DNA of 63,920 nucleotides, filler included, from Sphacelaria rigidula (GCA_964200075.2; 8 parts of 8 records of this genome joined end to end with filler, not necessarily neighbours in it), one strand, 5' to 3'. Positions 1 through 12,119 are shown, counted from the whole stretch's first letter. Notes: generated from the sequence alone by a model not told the origin. Made by a program: numbers and translations.

Positions 1-467
1 AAAAATGGATCGATCTTGAACAGCTTCTTCTGATGTTCTAAATGAATCCTTTCCTTTGCCGAAATTAATCGGGCGAGAAAAGGATCTGTTTTGGATCTAG
101 CTTGATCTGCTGTCCGAAATAAATTCGTTTTCGCTCGACTCAAATCGGGGGAAGAGGAATTCACCTCGGACAGGAGGACAAGGTATTGAAGATATATAAA
201 TTTACGGATTTTGTACCAAAATATTTGGAATTTTCGAAAAAAAAGCACTTGAGGTCTTTTCACCAAAACACTACCACATGACTGTGCAGGGCTTTGCCGA
301 CGTCCCTACACAGCGCTGCAAATCCAACCCTGGGGAAAACCCTATCAAAACGCTGCGACGGGTACAGATTTTGCATTTCACTGTCAGGGTTTTTTCACAA
401 AGACTGTGGAGGACCCTGTATGGACCCTGCACAGTGCGCCCCACAGGGTGCTATCTGTCCACGTGTG
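1..467. mobile_element. Right end of CACAC-terminal non-autonomous DNA transposon (copy 1, cut by contig start)
   Basis: Nearly identical to 1093-1559 (offset 1092); both end in ...CTGTCCACGTGTG, as does 3195. Confidence 0.7.
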
Positions 468-561
468 AATAGCACCGTTGTGCGGGCGGCGGGTGCTTTT
501 GGTCATGATCAATTTGTGTGCTGTAATAAATACACGAAGTGATGGTCCAGATATATATATA

Positions 562-1559
562 TACTATTCATATACGATTTATTATTAGTGATATTTTCTA
601 AACATGGTTCGTGTTGGTAGACAATGGATAACGGGGTTTTGGGGAAAATGTAACTAGATCAAGGAGGTATATCCGATCGTACGGCTTACCCCCCACCTTC
701 CCAGGGGCTTCACACGAAGCACAGGTGCGGACATACCCACGCATCCGACGGGTGGGATCTCTGTTCAGGAAAAGCGGTAGAGAGCTATTCATCCTTCAGC
801 CCATGTATACATGGACTCCGGGGTAAAAGGATGAATACCTTTCAGCAACTTTTTCTGCGTTTCGGATCCCATGCGTCGGTGACGATGCAGTATGCGGGAT
901 TTGCCCAGCAGCTAACGAGCTCGCCATGAATTTCGTTTCCCCCAATCTCTGGATGAATTGGAGGGAAAAGTAATTATTCATTTCGAGCTTCTTCTGCCGG
1001 TCAAATTCGGAATCTGCCAGTGTGAATGGGATTTGCGCAGCAAAAGGAGCTGTTCGAAATAGATTCTTTTTCGCTCATCTCGAAAATGGGCGAAAAATGG
1101 ATCGATCTTGAACAGCTTCTTCTGGTGTTCTAAATGAATCCTTTCCTTTGCCGAAATTAATCGGGCGAGAAAAGGATCTGTTTTGGATCTAGCTTGATCT
1201 GCTGTCCGAAATAAATTCGTTTTCGCTCGACTCAAATCGGGGGAAGAGGAATTTACCTCGGACAGGAGGACAAGGTATTGAAGATATATAAATTTACGGA
1301 TTTTGTACCAAAATATTTGGAATTTTCGAAAAAAAAGCACTTGAGGTTTTTTCACCAAAACACTACCACATGACTGTGCAGGGCTTTGCCGACGTGCCTA
1401 CACAGCGCTGCAAATCCAACCCTGGGGAAAACCCTATCAAAACGCTGCGACGGGTACAGATTTTGCATTTCACTGTCAGGGTTATTTCTCAAAGACTTCG
1501 GAGGACCCTGTATGGACCCTGCACAGTGCGCCCCACAGGGTGCTGTCTGTCCACGTGTG
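562..1559. mobile_element. CACAC-terminal element copy 2, left-truncated at a (TA)n run
   Basis: Shares the terminal ~470 bp with copy 1 and has diverged colinear similarity to ~2240-3195. Confidence 0.65.
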
Positions 1560-1776
1560 GAAGCAGAAATTATTGCCTGTTGCTATGCGTTCTTGAATGA
1601 GATACCACAGTACAGTACGGTATTGGTTGAACGTTCGTGGATCAATGTGACTACTTATTTTTGCCGGTTTCCCCTCGAGCGTGTTACCTGCCCTGCGTTG
1701 CTGACGAGTCAACCCCTTACGGGAGAGACGAGTGGCTGCTTCTCCGCCCAGGCGGATGCGCGTATGACGAAGGCCA

Positions 1777-3195
1777 CACACGTAAACACATTGCACACTG
1801 TGGGGCACGTCTACAGGGTTCAGGGAAACTATGCAGTGTTTCACGCGGGGGTTTGGCTGTAGGTTTGTTGTCGCGCCACACAGTACGCTTCACAGGGTTT
1901 CAGGGGAACGGGCACTGTTACTCGCGGGGATTTGGCTGTAGGGTATTTTTTTACGCCACACAGTGCGCTTCACAGGGTTTCGTCTTCCCGTGTACAGTTC
2001 ATTGTCATTAATATGCTGTAATGTTTACAACGCACATAAGATATGCTCCACCTTACAGCATGGGGGTGGTACTGGCAGAAAAACGATCGGAAATGGCAAC
2101 GGTAGGCGTTGAACTCGCCCTTACGTGGTCGTGAGTACATCGAGCTGTTGATTGAACCACCTACGACTCGTTGTTGACACGACGCATATTTTTGTGTTGC
2201 TAATAGTTATCGAGAAAAAAACTCCATAAACGACGGATTGAGTTTTTCTAAAAACCCATTATATATGTTTTGGTAGATATTGGGCGGCGGGATTTTCATG
2301 AGCTATGTAAATACAAATACAAGCTATACACCAGCCATCCAGCATCTTTACCACACCTGCAGCAGAAGTGTCGCTTCGAAGCACAGGGGTGTGGACATAC
2401 ACTTGTAAGCAATGTGTAGGATTTGTCTTCAGCGAAAGCTGTTGAGAATTCGATCCTCAGTCCAATTATAATATGAACCGGGGGTCAAGAGGGTTAATTA
2501 TTTCCAACAATTTTCGCTGCATCTCGGATCCCATCTGCTGATCACGGTGCAGTATGCGGGACTTGCACAGCTGAGGCTGTTGGCAATAAGTTCTCTTCTT
2601 GTTGCCCAATTCCCGGATAAATGGGGGGGGAAAGTGAGGATTTAATTTGAGGTTCTTCTCGTGTTCAAATTCCAAATCTGCCAGTGTGTACAGAATTTTT
2701 ACAGGAGAAGAAACTGTTTGAAATAACAAAAAAAATCGCCCTAATCAACTGGACGGAAAAAGTGATTTATTCCGAGCAACTTTTTCTCCTGTCCAAATCT
2801 CATACATGTGTACAGGATTTGTGCAGCGGATGAAGCTGTTCGAAATAAATATATTTTTTCCCCATGTAGTTGGGCGAAAACATGATTTATATCGACTAGC
2901 TCCTTCTGAGGTTTGACATAAGTCGTTTTTTGCCCGATTGTAAATCGGGCCAAAAAACGACTTATGTCGAACAGCTTCTCTAAATGAATAAATTCTCATA
3001 TTTTGAAAAGAAATACTTTGGAATTTTCCAATTGGGAGTGCTTCTCTGCAGGCTTCCTCACAGGGTGTCGAGAAAAACGCTACACAAAATGCTGCTACAG
3101 GCACTAGGGTTTGCAAATGCGGTACAGGGTTTTCCACAAAGGCTGCGAAGAACCCTGTACCGCACGTCCTACAGGGTGCTATCTGTCCACGTGTG
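1777..3195. mobile_element. Complete non-autonomous TIR element, CMC/EnSpm-like
   Basis: Left end CACACGTAAACACATTGCACACTGTGGGGC is an imperfect inverted repeat of right end ...CAGGGTGCTATCTGTCCACGTGTG; flanked by a 2-bp CA duplication; subterminal CAGGGT repeats. Confidence 0.6.
2085..2170 (-). repeat. Degenerate tRNA-like SINE head fragment
   Basis: Minus strand reads GGTGGTTCAATC...GAGTTCAACGCC, resembling Pol III A and B boxes. Confidence 0.3.
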
Positions 3196-3813
3196 CAACC
3201 CCGCGACAACGCAAGAAGTGACGAGCGAGACTGCGCGATGGGGGTCAAAGCAATTGTTATAGTGCATACGATTGGATGGAGAAGCAGTGCCCGGGGCAGC
3301 GATGAAAAACGCTGGGCAAATCATGTTGCTGGTAGTATGACGTGAGGCATTTTCGATTCAAGTTTGTATTTTATTTTTCGAGATTTTAGGATCTCGAATT
3401 GAATTTTGGATGAGTTTTTCGACTTGAGTTTCTGATCTTTGATTTTTTTTTCGGTTCTTTGCAATTGGAATTTTGATTTTGATGTGTGAGTTACAATGAA
3501 TTTTGTTCGGTAGATTATTTTTTTGCGGGTCGTTCGTTCAAAGTAATTTCTGCTTTCAATGTTACATTTTGAGTGCGTACATAATTTGTTGTACTCTGCA
3601 TTTCTTTCGGATGAGGTTTATGCGCATGCCCCCAACTCTTTGATGCACCCCAGTGATGCCGTCGACATCTCTCGTCGGTGGGGGGGGGGAAGGTATCAAC
3701 TCCGCCAACGACGTCGCCGACGATGTCGAAAACACATCAGCACTCCCTCCTCCGCCAGCTCCTGCCGATCCACTGAGGCTGATCACACCGACCGTCATCC
3801 CTCATTTACACCG

Positions 3814-4166
3814 TGTTCGTAGGATGGCCCGGGGTGGTCAGAAAGATACACCTTGTCGGGATAAGGTACAATGGTCCAGTGGCATACCTGTTTTGAGTTC
3901 CGGGTACTACGTGGGATGACTTTATACTGTGATGTTGGCGACTAGACATACGCGAGTGGTGCTTGTCACATCTTGAGACTTTGGCGCCTGCTGGGCCCAC
4001 TCCCCTTCCTTCCCTCTTCATCAACAAAGCTTTACATACATTTCTACCTGATCTGGATCGGCAGTCAGCCGTGTCCATTGATCGACTATCGCAGTCGTGT
4101 CTATTGATCGACTATCTGAGTCGAGTCTGCACCCCATCCTCTCACGGGGTCACGAAGCTACAAACA
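3814..4166 (+). repeat. Putative 5' LTR of Copia element 1
   Basis: TG...CA ends with terminal inverted repeat TGTTCGTAG / CTACAAACA just upstream of gag; no second copy in the contig. Confidence 0.55.
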
Positions 4167-4197
4167 CTCTAGAGCCCCTACCCAACTTGCGAGCTTT

Positions 4198-5532
4198 GTG
4201 GCCAAGGGACCGATGGTGGACTGGAGCACTGCGGAAAGTCACTCAGCCGTCGTGGGAGATGCGTCGTCTCCAACGGAGATGCTGGAGGTGAAAGAGAATG
4301 TCGCCAGCTTGCAAGCCTCGATGGCGGATATCATCGAGCAGCTGGCGGAGCTGAAGACGATGATAGTGTCCCACTTAGTGCGCGGGACATCGTCCACTGG
4401 CCCCGGAGCGGCGGCGGACGAGGAGGGGGAGGCAGGCGACGGGAGGCACATCGTCGCCGGTGCCGGAACAGGGAGGGTCCGGTCACCACGCGGTGTAGGG
4501 ATTGTATCAGGCCTTCTCCGAGGATCCACGGGCGATGGATCCGCCCATGTAAGTACGAACGAGGAGTCCCCGGCTTACTACCCCCATCTAGGCGTGAAGA
4601 GGTATTTTCGTGTTGATGAAAAGTTTGATGGTCAGGAGGGAAATTGGTCGTTGTGTCGTGACGATTTCCTGACAAAAGTCAGTGCAGCAGGTTTTATGAG
4701 CGCTCTACGAGACACACGAAATATTCAGGTTCACGGTGCGAGTAACGAGGATTTGGTTAGTCAGGGATTAACACCACAGGAAATTCAGATGTACAGACTC
4801 TTGTGGGCGGGATTGGTGAGCTCCATAAAGGATGAGCATGTGAAGCAAACCGTCTAATCCTGTAAGGGACCGTCTGTGGCGTGGCGAGCGTTGGAATAGT
4901 ATTATGCGCCGTTGACTGGTGGTGAACAGATCTCGTTGGTTGGGAAGTTTTCCCATATGACACAGGAAACTGGTCAGGATCCCCGGGAATACTGGCAAGA
5001 ATATCAGAACGTTATTGTGTCACTGGAAACGGCTCTCGAACAACCGATACCAAAGAAACAAGTATTCGCGCGTTTTCTAGACGGACTCACAGCTGATTAT
5101 GAACACCAGATACAACACCTCCTCTCACAGAAAGGCTTGGATGTGGAAGATTTATTGGCGACGTTGAGAACTAGGTTTGGGATGATCAGAGACAACAAGG
5201 GAAAGGATAGCCAAGCCTTGATGTCAGTTGGGAAGAATAATGGCAAGGGTAGTCGGAAGAGAAAATTACAAGGGATCTCCGAAAGTACGGGGGATTCAAA
5301 AGTAGACGGGCGTGAAAATGGTTCTGCGAAGGAGAGGCGATGTTGGAGTTGCCGGAAGCAAACAATACACTTCGCGCGCGACTGTCCGGAACGACATTGC
5401 ATGAGATGCGGAAAAAAGGGACACTCGTTCCAGGATTGTGATACAGGAGAAGAATATACAGCGATGGCAGTAGGGTCGTCAGGTAGTAGCGATTGTTCAG
5501 TATGTTCGGAAGCGGGCGCAGAAGCCTTTTGA
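4198..5532 (+). pseudogene. Copia-type gag with two C-terminal zinc knuckles, interrupted by two in-frame stops
   Basis: ORFs 4198-4857 and 4912-5532 share a frame (TAA at 4855, TAG at 4897); CWSCRKQTIHFARDC and CMRCGKKGHSFQDC knuckles; gag-like 'FLDGLTADYEH'. Confidence 0.85.
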
Positions 5533-7600
5533 ACATTGATGGCATGAGACCTATGCATGATTCAAATACCCCTTTGTTTTTATATTTTGAGTGTTCGTGG
5601 CCATCATGCAGATGATGATTCATGTTCCCAAGAAAAGGTTGATGACCAGGTGGATCGAGATGTTGGATATCTCTGGACAATGCTGAGATCATATTTTTGA
5701 TATGGAGACCGAAACTCAGTGTTGATGTTTGCCGAATATTTCCGTGTCGATGAGTGCAGACTTGCTTTGCGCTTGTTTGACTCGATTGATGAATATAAAA
5801 TCGTCTGCCGTTCTTGTAAGTGTGAGGAGAGCGGAGAACCGCGACTTGACTTGACTGTGGAACGGTGTCGGTAAAATTGCACAGAGTGAAGTGCGTGAAG
5901 AGTGTTGAGAACATGCTTTGACATGGATGCCGAAACTCAACGCTTATGTGTAACATTGTTGCCACCCCGATGAGCGCAGGACTGTGGGGCACCACACGCT
6001 TACTCGATCGGTTGAGGCGGAACCTTGTTCGTCGCCTTGGTGAGTACAGGCACGTGGGGCACCATTGTCTGACTAGACTAGAGGGTGATGTCGGCAAACC
6101 TTTCCGCAGAGGGGTATGCGGATGAACGATGGTTGAGACCACAAAATTTGAGGTGGGTTCCGAAACTCGACATCTAAGTGAACAAGTTATTATCATTCCG
6201 AGAGGTGTAGGATTCGCGAGGCATCGGCTTCTTGACTGGATTGGTTGATAAGACTTCGTTGTTATGATAGGAGCAAGGACGGAGTAGCGCAATACTAGCA
6301 GCTTGGCCTCATCATGATAATTTCGGAAGAGTGACTGTGAGCACAAGTGAAATTCCTGGGCTACAGGTCAGCAAAACGCATGTGACCCATATTTGATGGT
6401 CAATAGATAGAGCTGACGTCATGTGCGAGATGCGGTTCATGTGCACAGCATGATAAAAGAAGAGTGCATTGTATCGCCCATATGGGACCTGGTCGTTGCT
6501 CGGTTGGCTGACCAGGCGAATTCCATACAGGTTTACACATGTTGGCACGGCATGTAAAAAAAAGTCAAAGTGTACTGTTTCATGCAACGAGGATGCTAGC
6601 GGCCGAACTGCTGCTTGATCCATGTGTGACACGTGAACATAAAGTGAAGAGTTGAAATAATGATGGTGCTGGATTCGAGTAAAATGAGTGGGTGTGCGTT
6701 CGCGGCTGCCGTAACGCGACACCACAGTACGGTACATGGTGAGAGTATGTTTATCGGTTGGTGATTGACGCGCCTGAGTAGCATGGATATTAATACTTTC
6801 CCTTTCTGTTGTCCCACTGCCCGTTCCTCTCGGGTCTGTACGATATGTGAGACCCTGAGCCTCCAAAAACCATCTTTGTCCGACATAGGTGCTGTCTGTA
6901 CGGCTGATACGAGCACGAGGTGACGGTTGGTTTTGAAGGGCGGTGACCGACCAGGATCAAGATCAGCCCCTCGCTGCAAATCTCCCCGCTACGGGGGAAG
7001 GATATTGAATGCAGCACTCCTTCCCAGTGGCCTGGAAGCGGGGGGGGGAAACTTTGATTAGCAAGAATTGGGGTGGGGGCTGATGCTGATCGTGTGTTAT
7101 GTCTGAAAGCGTTGAGCTGCTTCGCTCCGCCGGTCACCGAGGGGAAGTAAGGGGTTAAGTAGATGTAGTGAGTGTCTAGTTTGGCTTGATGACGTAGGCA
7201 CTACTGTAGTATGGATTGCTGAATTTGAATTTTGATATTTGATTCTTGTACTGTAGGCAGCTGACTGACTGTGAAGTGGGTTTTGCAACATGTGATCCGA
7301 GTTTCGAAAGTTGTCAACTGCACTGTGTTGTGTGGGTTAATATATGTTACCTAGGAGCTTGGTCACGCGTGCGTAGTGCAGGTTACTTGAATGCAAAGTA
7401 CCACCACCCACGCTATTGTAAGGGGCATGGGCTAGTACAGTTGAAGAATTTGACTTGCGTTTCGCATGGATTGACCATCAGGAGCTACGGTGTGGTAAAA
7501 CACACAGCTCATCCATCCCTGTTTTTTCTGTCTTGGTGTGAAAAGAAATGTACCGATGTATTTGATTCTTGGCTGGTCCCATAGACGTTGAAAGAAATGA
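5533..7600 (+). pseudogene. Heavily degraded Copia pol remnants
   Basis: Follows gag; vestigial motifs such as DGVAQ (cf. QNGVAER), DPC and YLNAKYHH (cf. RNase H HIDVKYH); no long ORF. Confidence 0.45.
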
Positions 7601-7623
7601 CGAGTTGCGGGATTTACGGTGGT

Positions 7624-7766
7624 TTTACGGTTGCTGATGAAATTCATTTCTTGGGAGGATACACCTGTTGAATGCGCCGTAAGCGGAAGAGCTCTTTACG
7701 GCTGCTGATGAAATTCATTTCTTGAGAGGATACACCTGTTGAATGCGCCGTGAGCGGAAGAGTTCT
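7624..7766. repeat. Two tandem copies of a ~71-bp unit
   Basis: TGCTGATGAAATTCATTTCTTGRGAGGATACACCTGTTGAATGCGCCGTRAGCGGAAGAG occurs twice. Confidence 0.9.
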
Positions 7767-7903
7767 TTTTCCGGTGGGTAATACGAGTCCTTTCCTGCTC
7801 CTCCGGCCTCGGCCCGAGCGCTGAGGCCGGGTCGGGCTGGCTGACGGCAGCGGCCCAAGGAAAGAGGCAGCAACTTGGCTAGTACGGAGTATCTGTGATA
7901 TCT

Positions 7904-8003
7904 NNNNNNNNNNNNNNNNNNNNNNNNNNNNNNNNNNNNNNNNNNNNTTAATTAATTAANNNNNNNNNNNNNNNNNNNNNNNNNNNNNNNNNNNNNNNNN
8001 NNN
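7904..8003. other. Artificial contig linker (also 15907-16006, 23910-24009, 31913-32012, 39915-40014, 47917-48016, 55919-56018)
   Basis: 100-bp N-run with central TTAATTAATTAA (stops in all six frames); intervening contigs are 7903 or 7902 bp. Confidence 0.98.
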
Positions 8004-8097
8004 GACCAGCGATCAACTTTTCCCTCTCTTTTGGGCAATCAGGCCGAAGAAATCGTGGATTTGGTGATTTTGAGTCGTGATGAGTTGTCCTAACCGT
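8004..8097 (-). mobile_element. Terminal fragment of MITE family A (CACGGTTAGGAC end)
   Basis: Reverse complement of ~49204-49297. Confidence 0.8.
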
Positions 8098-9011
8098 GAA
8101 CAAGTGTGCGGTCTGATGGGGGGAGGGGGATAGCATGTATGCAGAGTTACACAAAAATTTTGATATGTGAAGGGTACAGCAGTACAGTGCATTCAGGAAA
8201 ATAAAAAGAGTGGCAGCACAGGCGTTGAGATCGCGCCGATTTTGATATTTGTTTCTCCACTAACTTTTTTTTGTCTGATTGCTTCAAGGACATTTTTGTG
8301 TGTATTGTACGAGCACGTTACTGGCTGTATTGAGGTTGTGTGTGTCAAGTATTGTCGGAAGGGTAGATGAGTGGCTTTGTATTCGATGTGTGAGCTGCTT
8401 GGTAGATTCAGAAGACTCGGGGAAGGGGGCGCAAACTGACTGTCATTTGCGTTCTTCGCGCGTCGACCATTGTGGAGACCGTGTTGGATATGTCAAGGAG
8501 TGTGTAGCGAAAGCTTATATTTCATGGGGGCAGCGGGTTTGATGCTCTTCCTATGGTGGAAACGTGCAGTGCTGTTCTCCATCGCTAGTCGCCAATGCAT
8601 GTTTCAACAAACCAATTTTGGGGGCCGGGGGGGGGGTGCTTGTTTGCTCGCCGACGTCACGGATTTTTGCAACAGCAGCAGGATTGAACATTTTTCTGCT
8701 GCGGGTATAGGTGTGTCACGTGATTCCGTTTCCGACCTTCTCTCGGGGAGGAATAGTATCTTTGTATTTTTGAGCGTAGGCGTTTCGCCTGGGACTACGG
8801 CTGACCTTGAGCCGTTTAATATCTGGCAGGGTAAGTACGTGCTCCGCACGGTAACCCCTCGCGCCGTTGTCTTCATTGACACGCACGCCGGCAACGTGCG
8901 AAATTTGTATCGTCGCGAAGAGTGTGTAGCTCAACTTTTGTGGTTATTGCTGAGGTAGGAGCGGGGTAGTACGCCATGGGACTGGTGGTCGCCGTCCGAA
9001 GTAGGGAGAAA

Positions 9012-9420
9012 CACGGGATTTTACAAATTGGGCATGGATTTTTCATTGAGGATGAGAACCCGGAGAAATAAAATCTTCGTATCCACACCAAATCTTGCAA
9101 ATATGGTTCCAATTCTTCACTTGCCGGTAGGTATTGCCAACTACTATATGCCATACAAAGTTGGATTTCGATGACCGAAATGCTAGGCTCGTAGGTGAAA
9201 AAACAAATTAAGGGTCCGATCAGATGACCTCAATTCCCCGAAATTGCTTTTTGACGTAGGACCCCAACATTCCGGTTATCGAAACCCACATGTGTGTGGC
9301 GTGTAGTATTTGTCACTAGCTTCCAGGAGGTGAAAAAATATAACCATGTTTCCAAGATGTGGTATGGATACGAAGATGTTATTTCTCCGGGTTCTCATCC
9401 CCAATTTGTAAAATCCCGTG
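9012..9420. mobile_element. Fold-back MITE family B
   Basis: TIR CACGGGATTTTACAAATTGGG / CCCAATTTGTAAAATCCCGTG plus long inner inverted arms (GATGAGAACCCGGAG...); related copy at 21693-22133. Confidence 0.8.
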
Positions 9421-9889
9421 TTGGGTTATGTGCGAGGGCGATGCGTTCCCCAGTGCTCGCAATAGTAGATGAGTGAAGAAAACGAAGCATTCGAGGTTGG
9501 ACGTTTTAAGCGATGTTCGAATATGTTGGTCGACGGATGGCGGATATCAACCGCGTGGGGTGGAATGAACCATGCGGTACTCCGTCGTATAACAGTACAT
9601 AATTTCGTTATTGAATAGCGGATCTTCAATGCACGGGCGTGATGATGGGATTTCATGCGTAGATTTGTTCCTTCAATGCACTCTTGGGTCAGCTTTAGCA
9701 TCTTTTGTCGTCTGGCGTTCTCGCCTGGTCGGTCTCGTGAGCACTTGCCCGACACATGAAATTTGAACCCGTTTGCGAGGCAAGGTGTGCGCGCCCTGAC
9801 ATTCATCAACAGAGGGGCTGTGCAAGAAAGTACGACGCAGTTACCCATGCGGTTGATCCTGCATGAAACAGTCTTACGCCCCCCCCCCC

Positions 9890-10060
9890 CCAAAAAAAAA
9901 AACGGAATAGAATCCGACATATTTTCGCCCCAATACGCACGCACACACCGCGCAGCCCCAGATTCAGCAAGATGGGGTTGTTGTCTGTGGTCTACATGAC
10001 ATGTGGTCGAAGTTTCAGCACGTGAAAGCACTAACAGCGCTTGCACGGCCGTGTCTCCTG
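9890..10060. repeat. Interspersed repeat shared, inverted, with ~41400-41580
   Basis: GTGGTCTACATGACATG...TTTCAGC matches the reverse complement of GCTGAAATTT...CATGTCATGTAGACCAC. Confidence 0.6.
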
Positions 10061-10715
10061 AAATGAGCACCTCTACAGGCGATACCAAGATAGGTACAGC
10101 GTAGAATGAGATCATCCAGAGTGTGCGCAATACGGATTGATGTGTTCGCTTGCCGGGGCAGGAGCCACCCAGCAGGAAGTGAGCGTATCTGCGTGTCAAC
10201 ATATGCATCCACTGACGTCTCACGCAGTCTGGGCCGAGGGGACTGCGTTTTGAGGGCGTATGGATATGGCATTGCCCCAAATCCGTATTTAGCTTCGTGC
10301 GTCTAGCGCACCACGTGAAACGTGCCGCCGCTCCGGGAATATGCTGTCTGTGTTGTGGTCCACCTCTGTGCCAAGTTTCAGGCTCGATAGAACAGACATG
10401 GAGAAATCCACAAGCAAAATAACCCTTGATTTGTACTGAAAATACGGTACTAAACCCTGTTGAACCGTCAAAAGATACATGAGGTGTGTATGATTTTTGT
10501 ATGCGGGAATCTTGGCAGTTGACTTGCTTTTTGGGGGGGGCGTAAGACTGGAAAATTCGCAAGAAGTTGGAATAGAAAACTAGGGCAAAAATACACACCC
10601 TCTATCCAGCTCGCTTCTATGACCACGTCTGAAACCTGGGAATGATCTGCAAGCGAACCGACCGCGCAGCCACCTCGCCCCCCAAAACAAGATGCCCAGT
10701 AACGCCACCCACACT

Positions 10716-12119
10716 TCAACAACGATACTTTTTCCTGAGTATATCTAATTCTTCTCCATTCGCACAAGATGTCTCGAGCTGTGCTATCAACTCTCGCACA
10801 GCTCCCCTGGCCCCCTCTTCCTCGCTCATCAGTGACACTGTCATGCCGAACCGTGACGCCTTCGACAAGTTCTCGAGCCATCGCATCGCCGTCGCCGGTC
10901 GCCCTGGTAGAAACGCCGCACCCAGGTGCTCCAAAATCCCTTCCAAAAGTTCCACCTCCAGCGGCGTGTGGCGGAAAATCTTCGTGATCGACGACGGGGA
11001 AACGGCCCGCAGCAGCTCCAGGCGGGCGTCGGGGGCAGCAGAAGCGGATGCTGCGCTCCGCCACATGTGTTCCAGCTGGTATCCCGTTGTCGGAAGCTGT
11101 CGGGTAGCCAGGGTCGGACAGGAGGAGACGCCTGGCGCGCTGCGGCCGCTGGCACTAGAACTTGATTGCTTCTTCGACGACGACACCTTATTGGGCTGCT
11201 TTGCTCGACCGGTTACTCCGGGCTTACCCTTATTATGTTCTGAAGTAAAGAGATCGTCCAACTCTGTTGTGGCACTCGCTGGCTTGATTTCAACACATGG
11301 TGCACCGGCGTCCGAGCATGATTCACTACACCGAGTCGCCTTCGGAGAGTTTGACTCCGCGCAGGGAGCGTCGCGACGAATTTCTTTGGAGGGTATCGCA
11401 CGTGTCGTGGTCGCCTTAGCTCCCGCTCCTCGCTCCGGCGCCGTCACCCCAGTCGGCCCGCTGACTGCACCAGCACCAGGAGTAGGTGCAGGTCGGGGAG
11501 GGCTCTGTGTTGCAGCTGTTGTTGTGGGCGTTGCGGGAACTTTCTGCTCAAAGCGCGCTACATCAGCCACCGTCTCTACCGTCGTTGGACAACAAAGTGG
11601 GCGTGCATCATCTGCGGCCTTTGGGGCAAACGGCGACGACGCAGCCGATGTAGCACTATGTTCTCGCGCCGACAGCAATGGTGACGGCGGACGCAGGGGT
11701 GCCACAGTTCCAGCCTCAGTCTCCTCGTCATCAGGCAATTCCTCGACAGTCGTCCTACTTCGTGCAACATCGAGCATTCCACCGCCATTCGAGGAACCCT
11801 TTGCATTTTGATCTACCGCACGGACGGGAACGTGCGTCTTCGAGCCCCCGCCATGACAATTAGTGGGGATTGTCGGGACAGCGATTCCCGAAGTTCCCAC
11901 AGCAGCCATCTTTGCGTCAATGGGGGAAGCTGAGGCAATGGGGGCAAAAGAGGAAGCTGGTGGTGGTTGATCGGCTTCAACATTAGCGGTGTGGGCTCCC
12001 AGCAGGGTGCGTGGTTTGGGAGCCGGCAATGGCTCGCTCTCGACCACCACCCGCTGCTTCGGCGCTCGACGGGTGATGGCCTTGAGTGTCTCGAGGGTTT
12101 TGGATATGTCCTTTCGAAT
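10716..12119 (-). CDS. RPAP3: RPAP3-like co-chaperone, last exon (low-complexity linker plus RPAP3_C domain)
   Basis: Acceptor CACAG|ATTCGAAAG, 468 codons to TGA; C-terminus 'QLEHMWRS...KIFRHTPLEVELL...LENLSKASRFGMTVSLMSEEE...LRKKY' typical of RPAP3/SPAG1 C-terminal domain. Confidence 0.85.
   Translation of the reverse strand: MRKDISKTLETLKAITRRAPKQRVVVESEPLPAPKPRTLLGAHTANVEADQPPPASSFAPIASASPIDAKMAAVGTSGIAVPTIPTNCHGGGSKTHVPVRAVDQNAKGSSNGGGMLDVARSRTTVEELPDDEETEAGTVAPLRPPSPLLSAREHSATSAASSPFAPKAADDARPLCCPTTVETVADVARFEQKVPATPTTTAATQSPPRPAPTPGAGAVSGPTGVTAPERGAGAKATTTRAIPSKEIRRDAPCAESNSPKATRCSESCSDAGAPCVEIKPASATTELDDLFTSEHNKGKPGVTGRAKQPNKVSSSKKQSSSSASGRSAPGVSSCPTLATRQLPTTGYQLEHMWRSAASASAAPDARLELLRAVSPSSITKIFRHTPLEVELLEGILEHLGAAFLPGRPATAMRWLENLSKASRFGMTVSLMSEEEGARGAVRELIAQLETSCANGEELDILRKKYRC

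Noticed and set aside
978..1358. 126-aa ORF in the repeated element
   Set aside because: Frame not conserved in the diverged third copy and no transposase motif
5186..6346. 386-aa minus-strand ORF
   Set aside because: Antisense to decayed Copia gag-pol with no recognisable motifs
7630..7766. Tandem C/D snoRNAs (TGATGA)
   Set aside because: No properly placed terminal D box or stem
9426..10598. 390-aa minus-strand ORF
   Set aside because: No domain, runs through homopolymers and an interspersed repeat; likely chance
10642..11811. 389-aa plus-strand ORF
   Set aside because: Antisense shadow of the GC-rich RPAP3 last exon
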